A stretch of DNA of 63,055 bases, counting the filler, from Octopus bimaculoides (taxonomy: Eukaryota), in the NCBI RefSeq assembly GCF_001194135.2. It is 6 parts of 6 records of this genome, joined end to end, with 100 filler letters (N's around TTAATTAATTAA, not from the genome) between each part and the next. Parts side by side here need not be neighbours in the genome. Positions count along the whole stretch, not along the records: positions 32,749 to 52,250 come from NC_068981.1; positions 52,351 to 58,367 come from NC_068982.1; positions 58,468 to 61,647 come from NC_068988.1; positions 61,748 to 63,055 come from NW_026380177.1; 2 more parts are not named here. One strand, 5' to 3'. The notes under the pieces are model-generated. The model was given only the letters and a program-made list of their open reading frames with translations, had not been told where the DNA came from and made no database searches. Below are positions 52,032-63,055 of this stretch, piece by piece; within the stretch, counting starts at the first letter, position 1, and every line of letters begins with the position of its first letter. The translations under genes and the position numbers were made by a program.

Positions 52032-52250
52032 ATTAAAAGAGTGCCATTTGTTATCTGGTGAACGATATTTCGACATCTCGTGTGTCTTCAACTGGTTCAA
52101 AAAATAAATTTGTCAATCTACTTCATTTTGGTTAATATAGAAAGGATTGAGGTAACTCCTCCTGAAGATATAGAGTCAAAATTAAAAGAAGAGTGCCATT
52201 TGTTATCTGGTGAACGATATTTCGACATCTCGTGTGTCTTCAACTGGTTC
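52032..52250 (+). repeat. Tandem duplication (period about 150 bp) of a protein-like fragment, running into a gap
   Basis: GAGTGCCATTTG..CAACTGGTTC is identical at 52039-52098 and 52191-52250; translation ERYFDISCVFNWFKK / INLS..ERIEVTPPEDIESKLKEECHLL. Confidence 0.75.
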
Positions 52251-52698
52251 NNNNNNNNNNNNNNNNNNNNNNNNNNNNNNNNNNNNNNNNNNNNTTAATT
52301 AATTAANNNNNNNNNNNNNNNNNNNNNNNNNNNNNNNNNNNNNNNNNNNNCACACACACACGCACACGCACACACACACACACACAAGCACACACACATA
52401 CATACATTTGAAATCATTATTTCTATTGGGTCTCGAAATAGGCAGGAGACTTGGTTCACTGATATTTTACTGCTTTAGTAATGTACCAACTGTACTATGC
52501 TGTACGTGTTTGTAATACACGGACTTTGTCATACAGTTTTCGTATTTCTAGTAAAAACATCTTGCAATGAATTTCAAACTACTGGTTTTAAAGTAAGAAG
52601 TTTAACAAACTGCTTGGCATTGGCATTTACCAAACACAGCTTTATATACAAAATATTCGAAAGTTAGTCCGCGAATTAAAAAATTGTAACCTGTAAAG

Positions 52699-53027
52699 CA
52701 GAAATCGAGGAACTTTTTAACCAATTACTCCAAAATATATTTATTTACGGTGACGTTACCCTCTTGATCTGAAAGGAAGAAAATCATAGATTCTTAAAAT
52801 CCAAAAGGTTTATTGAACCCATTTTATTGAATCTATTGAATATTTATATGAGTCTCTCTACACGTCCATTACTTTGGACAGTTGTAGTGTTGCCAGAAGA
52901 AAAAATTCTGTCGTAATGAGGAACATGTTTTTATGTAAGCTTACTTGTGTCTAATGAGTCCTCATTACCCCCAAGAATTTCATTTTTATCCTACTTGGGG
53001 TAATTTACCTCGGTTCGCCGACCCCTG
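52699..53027. mobile_element. Old hAT MITE, 329 bp
   Basis: Right end GGTTCGCCGACCCCTG, degenerate left end CAGAAATCGAGGAAC; 8-bp TSD CTGTAAAG (52691-52698) / CTGCAAAG (53028-53035). Confidence 0.6.
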
Positions 53028-53830
53028 CTGCAAAGGTTGGTTTTTGGCATACTGACTTACAATGGCTAAGTTGATTTATTCAATACCACCGCAATAAGTC
53101 TCTAACACTTATTCAGGGATCGGCTTTCAATATTCAGCTTTAAGAGCTTAACTTCGTCGCTAATGCTATTGCGAGAGAAAAAAATGTGTCCCTTAATTTC
53201 ATTTCCTTACCATAATATCTGATAACTTGGGTCTATCAATATAAATACTAATGAAATGAGATAATCGGCTATTCAGCTGTAACGAGTTAATCATTCTCAA
53301 ATAAAGAATTTACTATTTACCACTCTACATCATAGAATTGACGATTCGTAAGATAGAAAAAGAAAAACATAGAAGAAAAGGAATATGAAATTTCAACAAT
53401 TAAGAATTGTGCTCTTTGTGTGTGTGTGTGTGTGTGTGTGTGTACAAGAAATGACACTAAGTGGGCGTTTATAAATTTCGGTCCAGCTTGAGACTTGAGA
53501 ATTTACACAGATTTTTATGTCACTTAGTTTAGTAGATAAGAAGTAGTAGTTGCTTTTTTGAACAAATACCAATCTGCTCAGCAGAGTAGATTGAAGGATT
53601 AAGAAAAGGAATTAATTGAAACTCGTTATCGCTCCATGTTATCACGGTTGCTCAGATTACAAATCAGGAGTCGTCAGAGCACACCGTATCCACACGAAAA
53701 GAAACCAAGTGGAATCGTAAGAAATGAGAGCAACATAGAGGAAAAGACTGTAAAGACGGCAGCTAATAGCTTGAAAAAGAAAGGAGGGGAAAACTAATAT
53801 ATATCGCTCTCTCATATATTAAAGATGATA

Positions 53831-53876
<46 letters not shown>

Positions 53877-53899
53877 CAATAATAACGGACATGAAGACG

Positions 53900-53935
<36 letters not shown>

Positions 53936-55063
53936 TGATGATAATGATAATCCTTTTAAACACATGTCCCTGCAATTTTATTTTTATAAGCTCATCTTCT
54001 CTTCACATATGGCCTGGCATATTTAAAAGCTAGAAGAATGAACCGAAATGTCTGCATTACGTAGCATTCATAAAAGACAAGTAGCTAGCGATTCTGTAGT
54101 AAGGCACAGACTGAAACTGCACATGATTATCTGATGCCGTGTGAATGGAAATGAGCAAGGCAAGTAATGCGTGTATGGTGCTGAAGAGGGAAGGAAAAAT
54201 GGAGAGAAGGAGAGATGGGGAGATGGAGAGATTGGAGGGTGTGATAGCAGAGAAGGGAGATATGAATTATATCTTGACCTTTGGATTAGTCATTTGCCTT
54301 TGTTGCTATTGTTGTTGCTGTTGTTGTAAATAGTTTTATGAAGTAAAGATATATGCAGAAAACATTGATGTGGGACAGCCTTTAGATGTATTTTGTAGGT
54401 TTCAATGAAAAAGAGAAGGAAAGAGAGAGGGGGAGAAGGGTGTGTTGAGCGTGTATGCATTGAGTAATTCAATTTAGTCTAATGTAGAAGTGCAGTGTGA
54501 AGTGTAGTGTGATACATTAGTGAAATAGTAAGAAAGGCAAAAATAAGAAGTGTAGAGTAATATATCGTAAAGGCATGACCGGTTGGAGTGATTGAAATAT
54601 TTTTATGCTTCAATTAGACATTTATGCTTCAAGTCCGAAATTATTTAATACTTCAATGTTTCAGGGCGATGGATTGACATAACCGTTAGGGCATCAGACA
54701 AATAGGCGGCGGTATTTAGTTACGGTATTCCACGTTCTCGAGTTCAATTCCTGCTGAGGTCAATTTTGCATGTCATTCTCCCAGAGTCGATAATTAAGAT
54801 ACCGATCTAGTACTTGTGGTGTAATTTAATTTAAAAACGTGCTGTCTTGTGCTGCCAATGTTTGAAATCAATATTACAATCTTTCAGATTTGACCGGGTA
54901 GTTAAGAATCTGTTTTACAACCATGTGATTCCCGGCCGATCCACTGCAGCCACTACCATGGGTAAATGTCTTCTATTGTAGCATCGGGTTAATCAACGCC
55001 TTGTTAATGGGATTTAGTAAATGGAAACCGAATAGAGTGCTGTATACATACATACATACATAC

Positions 55064-55560
55064 AACTCAAGGAATACTGGTGGAATATTCCCATTAAAAC
55101 TTCTATCAAATGTAAACATAACAGACCGGATATTGCTGTTTTGGACAGAGGGGTCAAGGTATGTACCATTATAGAGATCAACTGCCCTGCAGATATAACT
55201 ATCTCTTTGAAAATCGAAGAAAAAGAGGCTATCTATGGGCAACTGCTTCGAAACCTCCAGCTTCTATATCCAGACTATGAATTCATATTCATACCAGTAA
55301 TAATTGGAGCACTAGGTTTTGTTAGTAAATGCTTAAGGGAGAATCTGGATAAAATGGGATTTTTAGAAAGAGAAATCGACCGGCTAATTCGTACATTACA
55401 AGTGCAATCTGTGAATGGAACAATAAAAATATGCAAGACTTTTCTCAAGTTCCAAATGTTAATTTGTCTGTGTTAACTACATCCCAAAGATGGAGCCTTG
55501 CATCTTTGTTGGAGACCGGCTCCCTCCTCAGTGGACGATTTATAATAATTAAAAAAATAG
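55064..55560 (+). mobile_element. 5'-truncated R4/Dong-like LINE 3' end: RLE endonuclease domain (to stop at 55476) + 3' UTR
   Basis: Open frame EYWWNIPIKTSIKCKHNRPDIAVLDRGVKVCTIIEINCPAD..K.EEKE.IY..L...YP.Y....IPVIIGALG; the PD..E motif of restriction-like endonucleases; flanked on both sides by (CATA)n. Confidence 0.85.
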
Positions 55561-55578
55561 AAGACATACATGCATGCA

Positions 55579-55614
<36 letters not shown>

Positions 55615-55756
55615 TATATATACATATGTGTGTGTATGTACGACGTATGTATTTATATATATGCGTGTGTATGATATATATGCGCTTGCATATAGAAGTG
55701 TGGGCATCGGTACCATTTTCCTCTTTCTCCGTTCTTCCATTTTCCGAACTTTCCAT

Positions 55757-55791
55757 CTTTCCGACGAAGGGCTACGCCCGAAACGTCATAC
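55757..55791 (+). ncRNA. Minimal type I hammerhead-ribozyme-like motif, copy 2
   Basis: CTTT-CCGACGA-A-GGGC(TAC)GCCC-GAAA-CGTC-ATAC: stem II perfect, palindromic ACGT stem III, GUC cleavage triplet; core U4 is replaced by C and the 3' strand of stem I is eroded. Confidence 0.5.
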
Positions 55792-56315
55792 ACTCTCTCT
55801 TTCCTTTCCTGAGCGTCCAATAATACTATCCATATCACGTCCTCACTTTGTTGTTTTATTGTTTTTTTGTTATTGCTTTTTTGAACTATATNNNNNNNNN
55901 NNNNNNNNNNNNNNNNNNNNNNNNNNNNNNNNNNNNNNNNNNNNNNNNNNNNNNNNNNNNNNNNNNNNNNNNNNNNNNNNNNNNNNNNNNNNNNNNNNNN
56001 NNNNNNNNNNNNNNNNNNNNNNNNNNNNNNNNNNNNNNNNNNNNNNNNNNNNNNNNNNNNNNNNNNNNNNNNNNNNNNNNNNNNNNNNNNNNNNNNNNNN
56101 NNNNNNNNNNNNNNNNNNNNNNNNNNNNNNNNNNNNNNNNNNNNNNNNNNNNNNNNNNNNNNNNNNNNNNNNNNNNNNNNNNNNNNNNNNNNNNNNNNNN
56201 NNNNNNNNNNNNNNNNNNNNNNNNNNNNNNNNNNNNNNNNNNNNNNNNNNNNNNNNNNNNNNNNNNNNNNNNNNNNNNNNNNNNNNNNNNNNNNNNNNNN
56301 NNNNNNNNNNNNNNN

Positions 56316-56370
<55 letters not shown>

Positions 56371-56376
<6 letters not shown>

Positions 56377-56540
56377 GACGGGCTTCTTTCAGTTTCCGTC
56401 TACCAAATCCACTCACAAGGCTTTGGTCGGCCCGAGGCTATAGTAGAAGACACTCGCCTAAGGTGCCACGCAGTGGGACTGAACCCGGAACTATGTGGTT
56501 GGTAAGCAAGCTAATTATCACACAGCCACTCCTGCCCCTA
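56371..56540 (-). mobile_element. SINE family B 5' half, young
   Basis: Near-identical to about 46123-46281. Confidence 0.88.
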
Positions 56541-56928
56541 TACACAGTCACGCATAGACATACACGTACACACAGACATATTTGTATGTGCGTATTGATA
56601 TATCATCGCGTATTTCATTATAAATTCGTTTATGTCAACAGAAAAGTGTGTTCAATGTGTTAGCAGATTGCAATCTTATACTCTGTTATACAAGCAAAAA
56701 GGATAACACTGGGAATGAAATACACATTAAAACAAACATGAACCTTGGTTTATATCGCACCTAAAATCATAAGTTTCGAGTGCTATCATAAACGGTTTCA
56801 TCGGTAACTAGAAAGACAGAGTAGCTACGCGGGGCAATAGATGATAAAATGCCATATTATCACTGAATTATGGCGTAGACATAACGCTGTTAGAATTATT
56901 GTATATTTTATTTGCATATATGTATTTA

Positions 56929-57145
56929 CGGAGGCGTGCTGGAAAGTTCCTGGCTTTAGTTAAAAGAAAATCCAAGAAGATCAGTTAATTATGATTTTAT
57001 TCAACATATTCCCCTCTCAGATTCACATACTTATTGCAGGTGTCTCTCAGTTTTTGTAAGCTTTGTAACAGAACTCGGAAAGTTGGGCCTCCAACCAGGC
57101 CTTTCGCGACACTCTCAAAGCTAGGAACCTTTCAGCACCCCCTCG
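56929..57145. mobile_element. Mariner-type MITE (irritans/Hsmar2-like termini), 217 bp
   Basis: Left TA|CGGAGGCGTGCTGGAAAGTTCCTGGCTTT and right AAAGCTAGGAACCTTTCAGCACCCCCTCG|CA form about 29-bp imperfect TIRs; the right TSD is mutated. Confidence 0.75.
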
Positions 57146-58467
57146 CATAATCCCGACAAAAGTACCCAATACGGTTCGTAATACAGTTTGTAATGCTGAA
57201 AATGAATAGCAGTGAAATCTTGTGAAAAACCTAGCGATCAACGTTGATGAAATGGTTGTACACTGGTCAAGCAATACGGTATTAATAATTGACTAGCGGG
57301 ACTCGTGAATATTTCACGGATTTAATGGTAAACCTATTGGGTTATTTCTAAAAACTTTATTCAGAAAACCTAAAAGCGAACTCTGTGTTGTGTCTCTATC
57401 GATAGTCGCTCATCTGCAACTCATTGAAAAGTGAAGGAAATTGGAATATGATGATTACTTAATGCACTTTATATATACACTTTATATACTTTATGCATAA
57501 TTTTATATATATAATACAAAGCACACATAGAATAAATATTCACTCTTATTTTTCCATTTTCCCCATTAACAAAAAAAGAAAAAATTACATTTTAAAACGT
57601 ACATGGTTACAGTTTCATACCTAGAAAGCAAAACTTTTATGGTAAAAAAAATTATTTCAGATGTAAAATATTGGGGTCACAATTTCACGGGGGTAAAAAT
57701 TTAATGCAACATGGCATACTCTGAAAACCACATTGTTTGTAACATATAAGCCAAGACGATGGGTCAGAGCCAATACATGTTTCAATTTGCGTACACCTTT
57801 CAATTCGCCACCACTACCACCACCACCACCATCCCTCTGCTAAAATTGTACTCCTAACTCTCCTCCTCTATATCACTATCTTCAACTAACTTTTTAGCCA
57901 CGTAATAAATATTACGTTCTCCTTACCTCATGTCATGGACGCTTCGCTCTCCGTCTTCTCTCTCTGTCTTTTTCTTTCTCCTTCTTTCTGTCTCACTCTT
58001 CACCTTATCCTCTTTTTCTCTCTCCTTTTTCTTTCTCCCTCTTGTTCTCTCTTTCCCTTTCACACGGAAACGTTACATTTACGTTCCCTCTACTTCACGT
58101 CATGGATGCTTCTTTCTCTCTCTTTTTCTCTTTCAGCCTTTTCTTTCTCCCTGTTTTTCTCTCGCTTTTCGACTTTCTCTTCAGCTAATCACATGAAACT
58201 TTACGGGCGGACAAAGTAACGTACGAACAAGCAGAATTATTATAAGATATCGCCTCACATTTACTCATATAAACCAATGCTAAAGAAAACAAGTATTAGA
58301 TAAAGAACTAGTCTACGAAAAGTAATTGATCTTGGTATCACCATCCAGCAGCCTATTCTTCAGTTGTNNNNNNNNNNNNNNNNNNNNNNNNNNNNNNNNN
58401 NNNNNNNNNNNTTAATTAATTAANNNNNNNNNNNNNNNNNNNNNNNNNNNNNNNNNNNNNNNNNNNN

Positions 58468-58508
<41 letters not shown>

Positions 58509-58915
58509 ACATATATAAGGAACACGAATGCAATAGTTCTTTTTCGTATTTTGTTGACATCCGTAGATTTTTATTACAGTATACGCTCTTTCATACCGTT
58601 GACTCGAGTCTATTAGTGGACAATTGAACGGTGATAAATGATCACGTGTTGAGAGATGGCTGACGGGAGTTAACTTGTGGAGTTTGTCACTTTTCACTTC
58701 CTATAAATCTTACCCAACGCACACACATAGAGGCAACAACAGATACATATATACATGACGAGTAAACACACACACACACGCACACACAGAGGCACACATA
58801 CAGACAGACGGGCAGACAAACAGACGGAATGGGGAAAAGAAATAGCAACAACTGTCTGTATAGCGTGAGAATGACGCAGTTAGGCCGATGGATTTCCGCT
58901 TCCAGCCTTCATTAT

Positions 58916-58980
<65 letters not shown>

Positions 58981-59957
58981 CTACACGTACATACATATAT
59001 ACGTATATGCACTTAAATATATTCATAAATGCATATACATACATACGTGTGTGTATATGTATTACTTATGTTTATGTATGTATATATACATATATGTGTA
59101 TGTTATAATCTGTTTNNNNNNNNNNNNNNNNNNNNNNNNNNNNNNNNNNNNNNNNNNNNNNNNNNNNNNNNNNNNNNNNNNNNNNNNNNNNNNNNNNNNN
59201 NNNNNNNNNNNNNNNNNNNNNNNNNNNNNNNNNNNNNNNNNNNNNNNNNNNNNNNNNNNNNNNNNNNNNNNNNNNNNNNNNNNNNNNNNNNNNNNNNNNN
59301 NNNNNCATATATGTATGTATAGTTGTATATATGTTTGCATGAAATGTATGCATTATGTATACATGAAATGCATGCATGTATGTACGCATGTAGTTATTTA
59401 TGTATGTATATTTGTGTATAAGTGTGCATGTAATGTATGCATTATGTACACAGAGTATACATATATGTACGTATAGATGTAAATATTTGTGTATGCATGT
59501 ATGCATATTTGTATATATGTTTAAATGTAATGTATGTACTATGTATACATGGTATACATGTATGTAAGTATGTATTTATGTATGATGGTATACATGTATG
59601 TATGTATGTATGTATGCATGTATGTATGTATGTATGTATGTATATATGTATGTATGTATGTAGAAACATATACATCATCGATACCACGTCCTTACTGCAT
59701 GGGATATATTTTTGCGCTCATTGGCTTCGGGATAGCGTCAGAGGGAGGAAAAGTCCCTTTAAGACGCCATGTGTTAAAAAATGCTGAACACCTCAAACCG
59801 GGTGAGACCTCTCTCCCATTTGGTGATCGAGAACGATGGCCATCGACATTTCGCTGTTTTTGCAGCTGTTCAGAATCGTCGACCCGAGACTCCACGGAAC
59901 GAATAAATACATGCATGCCTGCATTTTTGACTGAATGCATGTATGACTATACGTGTA

Positions 59958-60110
59958 AAGGTGCGTGGCTTAATGGTCACAGTATTTGGCTCATGACCCG
60001 AAAGTCCTGGGTTCGATATGCAGTGGTACGTTGTGTCCTAGAACAAAGCACTTTATTTCCCGTTGCTCCAGTTCGCTCGACTGGCAAAATGAGTTGGACC
60101 TGTGAGGACG
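59958..60110 (+). mobile_element. SINE family D 5' part
   Basis: tRNA-like head with GGGTTCGAT, then TTGTGTCCT..CACTTTATTTCCCGTTGCTCCAG..CTGGCAAAATGAGT. Confidence 0.7.
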
Positions 60111-61367
60111 TAAGCACACCAACACTGGCTGTCGGTCTGAGGCTGCGGAAGAAGACATGCCCAAGGTGCCGCGTTGTGTAACTGAACCTGGAACCATGCG
60201 GTTGTGAAGCAAACTTCTTGCTACACAGCCACATTCGCACACACGCACACGCACGCACATACTGACAAATGTACACAAACGCATACACAGATACAATTAC
60301 CACAGTTTCTAAGCAGTCTCAGATCAAGTCACACGCAAAAAGTCATAATTCCGAGACACACACGCACACATACATATATAATATATATATAATATAATAT
60401 AATGTAATATAATATAATATGTGTGTATGTGAGTATGTATAGTATATATATATAAACAGATATACATAATTACTAACGCACGCACACTCAAACACAATCC
60501 ATACACGTGTGTATATGCTTATATACAGACATACCCACTCATAAAATTCTGTCAGTCTGTCTCTCTCTCGCTCCCTCTCTCACACATATGCACACACACG
60601 TACATACATACATACATACATACATACATACATACATACATACATACAAAGGAACGTGTAGTTAAATTGCGATAGTTGCTGTAGCCTGAACTTTAAACGA
60701 GAATTTGAAAAGAATTATTGTCAATCATTAATGTGAAAGGATTGCGGTTAATTCTTAAAAAGCTATATCGATGGAAGTCGTGGAATGTCCACATTCTTGT
60801 ATAAATTATGTAGAATCGGAGATTCGGTTTCACAAAAGCTACCGACTGTAACGACAATTTCCTTCAACAGACCGGAACCGACCAAATAACATGAAAGGGG
60901 TAAACAGGCAGCCGATAGTACAACATAAAAGACAAGATGAGTATCTGAAAATAAGACCAGACGCTTAAAGAACAGGAATCATATATGTAAGGAGTTTGGT
61001 AAATGCCTGGTGGTCTAGAATGGACCTGCGTGTGCTCTGATTACGTGTGTGTGTGTGTGTGTGATAGACACATACATGCACGCGTGTGAGAGTATACGTA
61101 AATGGATGTATATCGGCATGTTTATGGATATGTTATTGCAAGGTTTTACGTACATATGTACAAGTAAATGTGTATAAACAGTGTTATTTCTTCAGAAAGA
61201 CAAGAACATAAAATTGTACAACTACATTTATTAAACCACGAAGACGCGGAATTTTCTTGTTTTATACCTATTATCAAAACATACGTACATACACAAGCAT
61301 AAACAAGTTCATACACTGGCTTGGATATAAACAACATACATGCATACATACACAGATACACACATTC

Positions 61368-61434
<67 letters not shown>

Positions 61435-61865
61435 TTATATACACACACACACACACACACACACATATATTATATTATTTATATACATACATATACATAT
61501 ATATACATATATATACACATATACATATATATATATATACATATATATACACATATGTGTATACATATATATATATACATATATATACACATATGTGTAT
61601 ACATATATATATACATATATATATATATTATATATACATACATATATNNNNNNNNNNNNNNNNNNNNNNNNNNNNNNNNNNNNNNNNNNNNTTAATTAAT
61701 TAANNNNNNNNNNNNNNNNNNNNNNNNNNNNNNNNNNNNNNNNNNNNATTAAGTACCAGTTACACACTGGGGTCGATATAATCGACTTAATCCGTTTATT
61801 TGTCCCCTCTGTGTGTAGTCTTTTGTGGGCAGTAAAGAAATAAGAACAGCTTACTCAAGAAAGTA

Positions 61866-62105
61866 ATGTACATGCAAGTGGCTGACCACTCTGCCGACGC
61901 TTGTACCTTTAATATAGTTCTTAGAGACATTCAGCATGAAACAGAATATGACAAGAATACAGGTACAGCTCACTTTTGCCAGCTGAGTAGGCTAGAACAA
62001 TGTGAAATAAAATGTCTTGCTGAAGGACACAATGTGCCACCAAGTATTGAACTCATGACCTTACGACTGTGAGCTGAGTTCCCAGGTCACTAAACCATGC
62101 ATCTT
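61866..62105 (-). mobile_element. SINE family D, diverged
   Basis: Colinear with 6443-6758. Confidence 0.7.
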
Positions 62106-62289
62106 CTGACCATTATACTTAGGTGTGATGTGGAGCCAGTAAGTGTATTATGATGTTGCTGCATGTGATTATGGTACAGTTAGCAGTGATGCGCTACTAC
62201 CTGACATGATGCAGGACTGCTTCACATGACCACTTGTGGTAGATGTGATGTATTATGGCTAATGTTATCTGGTACTGCTTGGTTGAAAT

Positions 62290-62755
62290 GTGGTACTGCT
62301 ATGTGTGACATGGTAGTGCTGCTTGTGACATGGTACTGCTACATGTGGCATGGTACTGCTATGTGTGACATGGTACTGTTATGTGTGACAAGGTACTGCT
62401 ATGTATGACATTGTGCTGTTATGTATGACATGGTACTGTTACATGTGACATGGTACTGTTATGTGTGTGACACGTTATTGCTGCATGTGACATGTTATTG
62501 TTGCGTGTGACACATTATTGCTGCATGTGACACGTTATTGCTATGTGTGACACATTACTGCTATGTGTGACACGTTACTGCTATGTGTCACATGGTACTG
62601 TTATGTATGACATNNNNNNNNNNNNNNNNNNNNNNNNNNNNNNNNNNNNNATGTATGTGACACGTTATTGCTGCATGTGACACGTTATTGCTATGTGTGA
62701 CACATTATTGCTATGTGTGACACGTTACTGCTATGTGTGACATGATACTGTTATA
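62290..62755. repeat. Minisatellite, 20-bp unit (GTGACATGGTACTGCTATGT and variants), interrupted by a short gap
   Basis: Direct reading of more than 15 units; degenerate periodic sequence continues in both flanks. Confidence 0.9.
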
Positions 62756-63055
62756 TGCGTTATGGTCCTTACTGCAAGATGTGATACAGAACTGTTAGAT
62801 ATGAAGCAATATTGGTAGCTGTTACCCAATATTGCTTAATAAAATATGTTACTGCTATTTGTGAATGTATATTTACTATATGTGACACAATTTGCCTTGT
62901 TGTAGAATGGTGCTGCTAGATATGAAGTGATACCAATTCAAACAGGTATGTAAATAGTGGTATAAATGAAATGATATGGAATTCTGGGTGTGTAGTGTGA
63001 TTTGGTAATGTCATAAACAGCTGTGGCATAACATTGCAACAGAGAGTTGTGATTT

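Noticed and set aside
62290-62755. Regular short repeats as a CRISPR array
   Set aside because: Units are contiguous with no unique spacers, there are no cas genes and the context is eukaryotic.

Overview
AT-rich eukaryotic genomic DNA from a gapped draft scaffold with many N-runs, dominated by microsatellites and interspersed repeats. The repeat repertoire, AT content and microsatellite load point to a coleoid cephalopod, most likely Octopus (inference, not verified). No complete protein-coding gene is recognisable, and almost all ORFs in the supplied track are translations of microsatellites or N gaps. Supported content: at least four tRNA-derived SINE families (labelled A-D here) in many copies; a full-length but inactivated Hsmar1-like mariner (36664-37939); two hAT MITEs with 8-bp TSDs; a mariner-type MITE; fragments of R4/Dong-like, CR1/L2-like and RTE-like LINEs; a tRNA-like cloverleaf; three unrelated long fold-back palindromes; and a few candidate host exons on the + strand (best: 43499-43600). 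The most intriguing signals are (i) two copies of a repeat carrying a minimal hammerhead-ribozyme-like fold with a covarying stem, (ii) many local dsRNA-forming structures (fold-backs and inverted SINE pairs), (iii) a microhomology-joined R4/CR1 LINE chimera and (iv) SINE families that share modules. There is no CRISPR array, rRNA or prokaryotic system.
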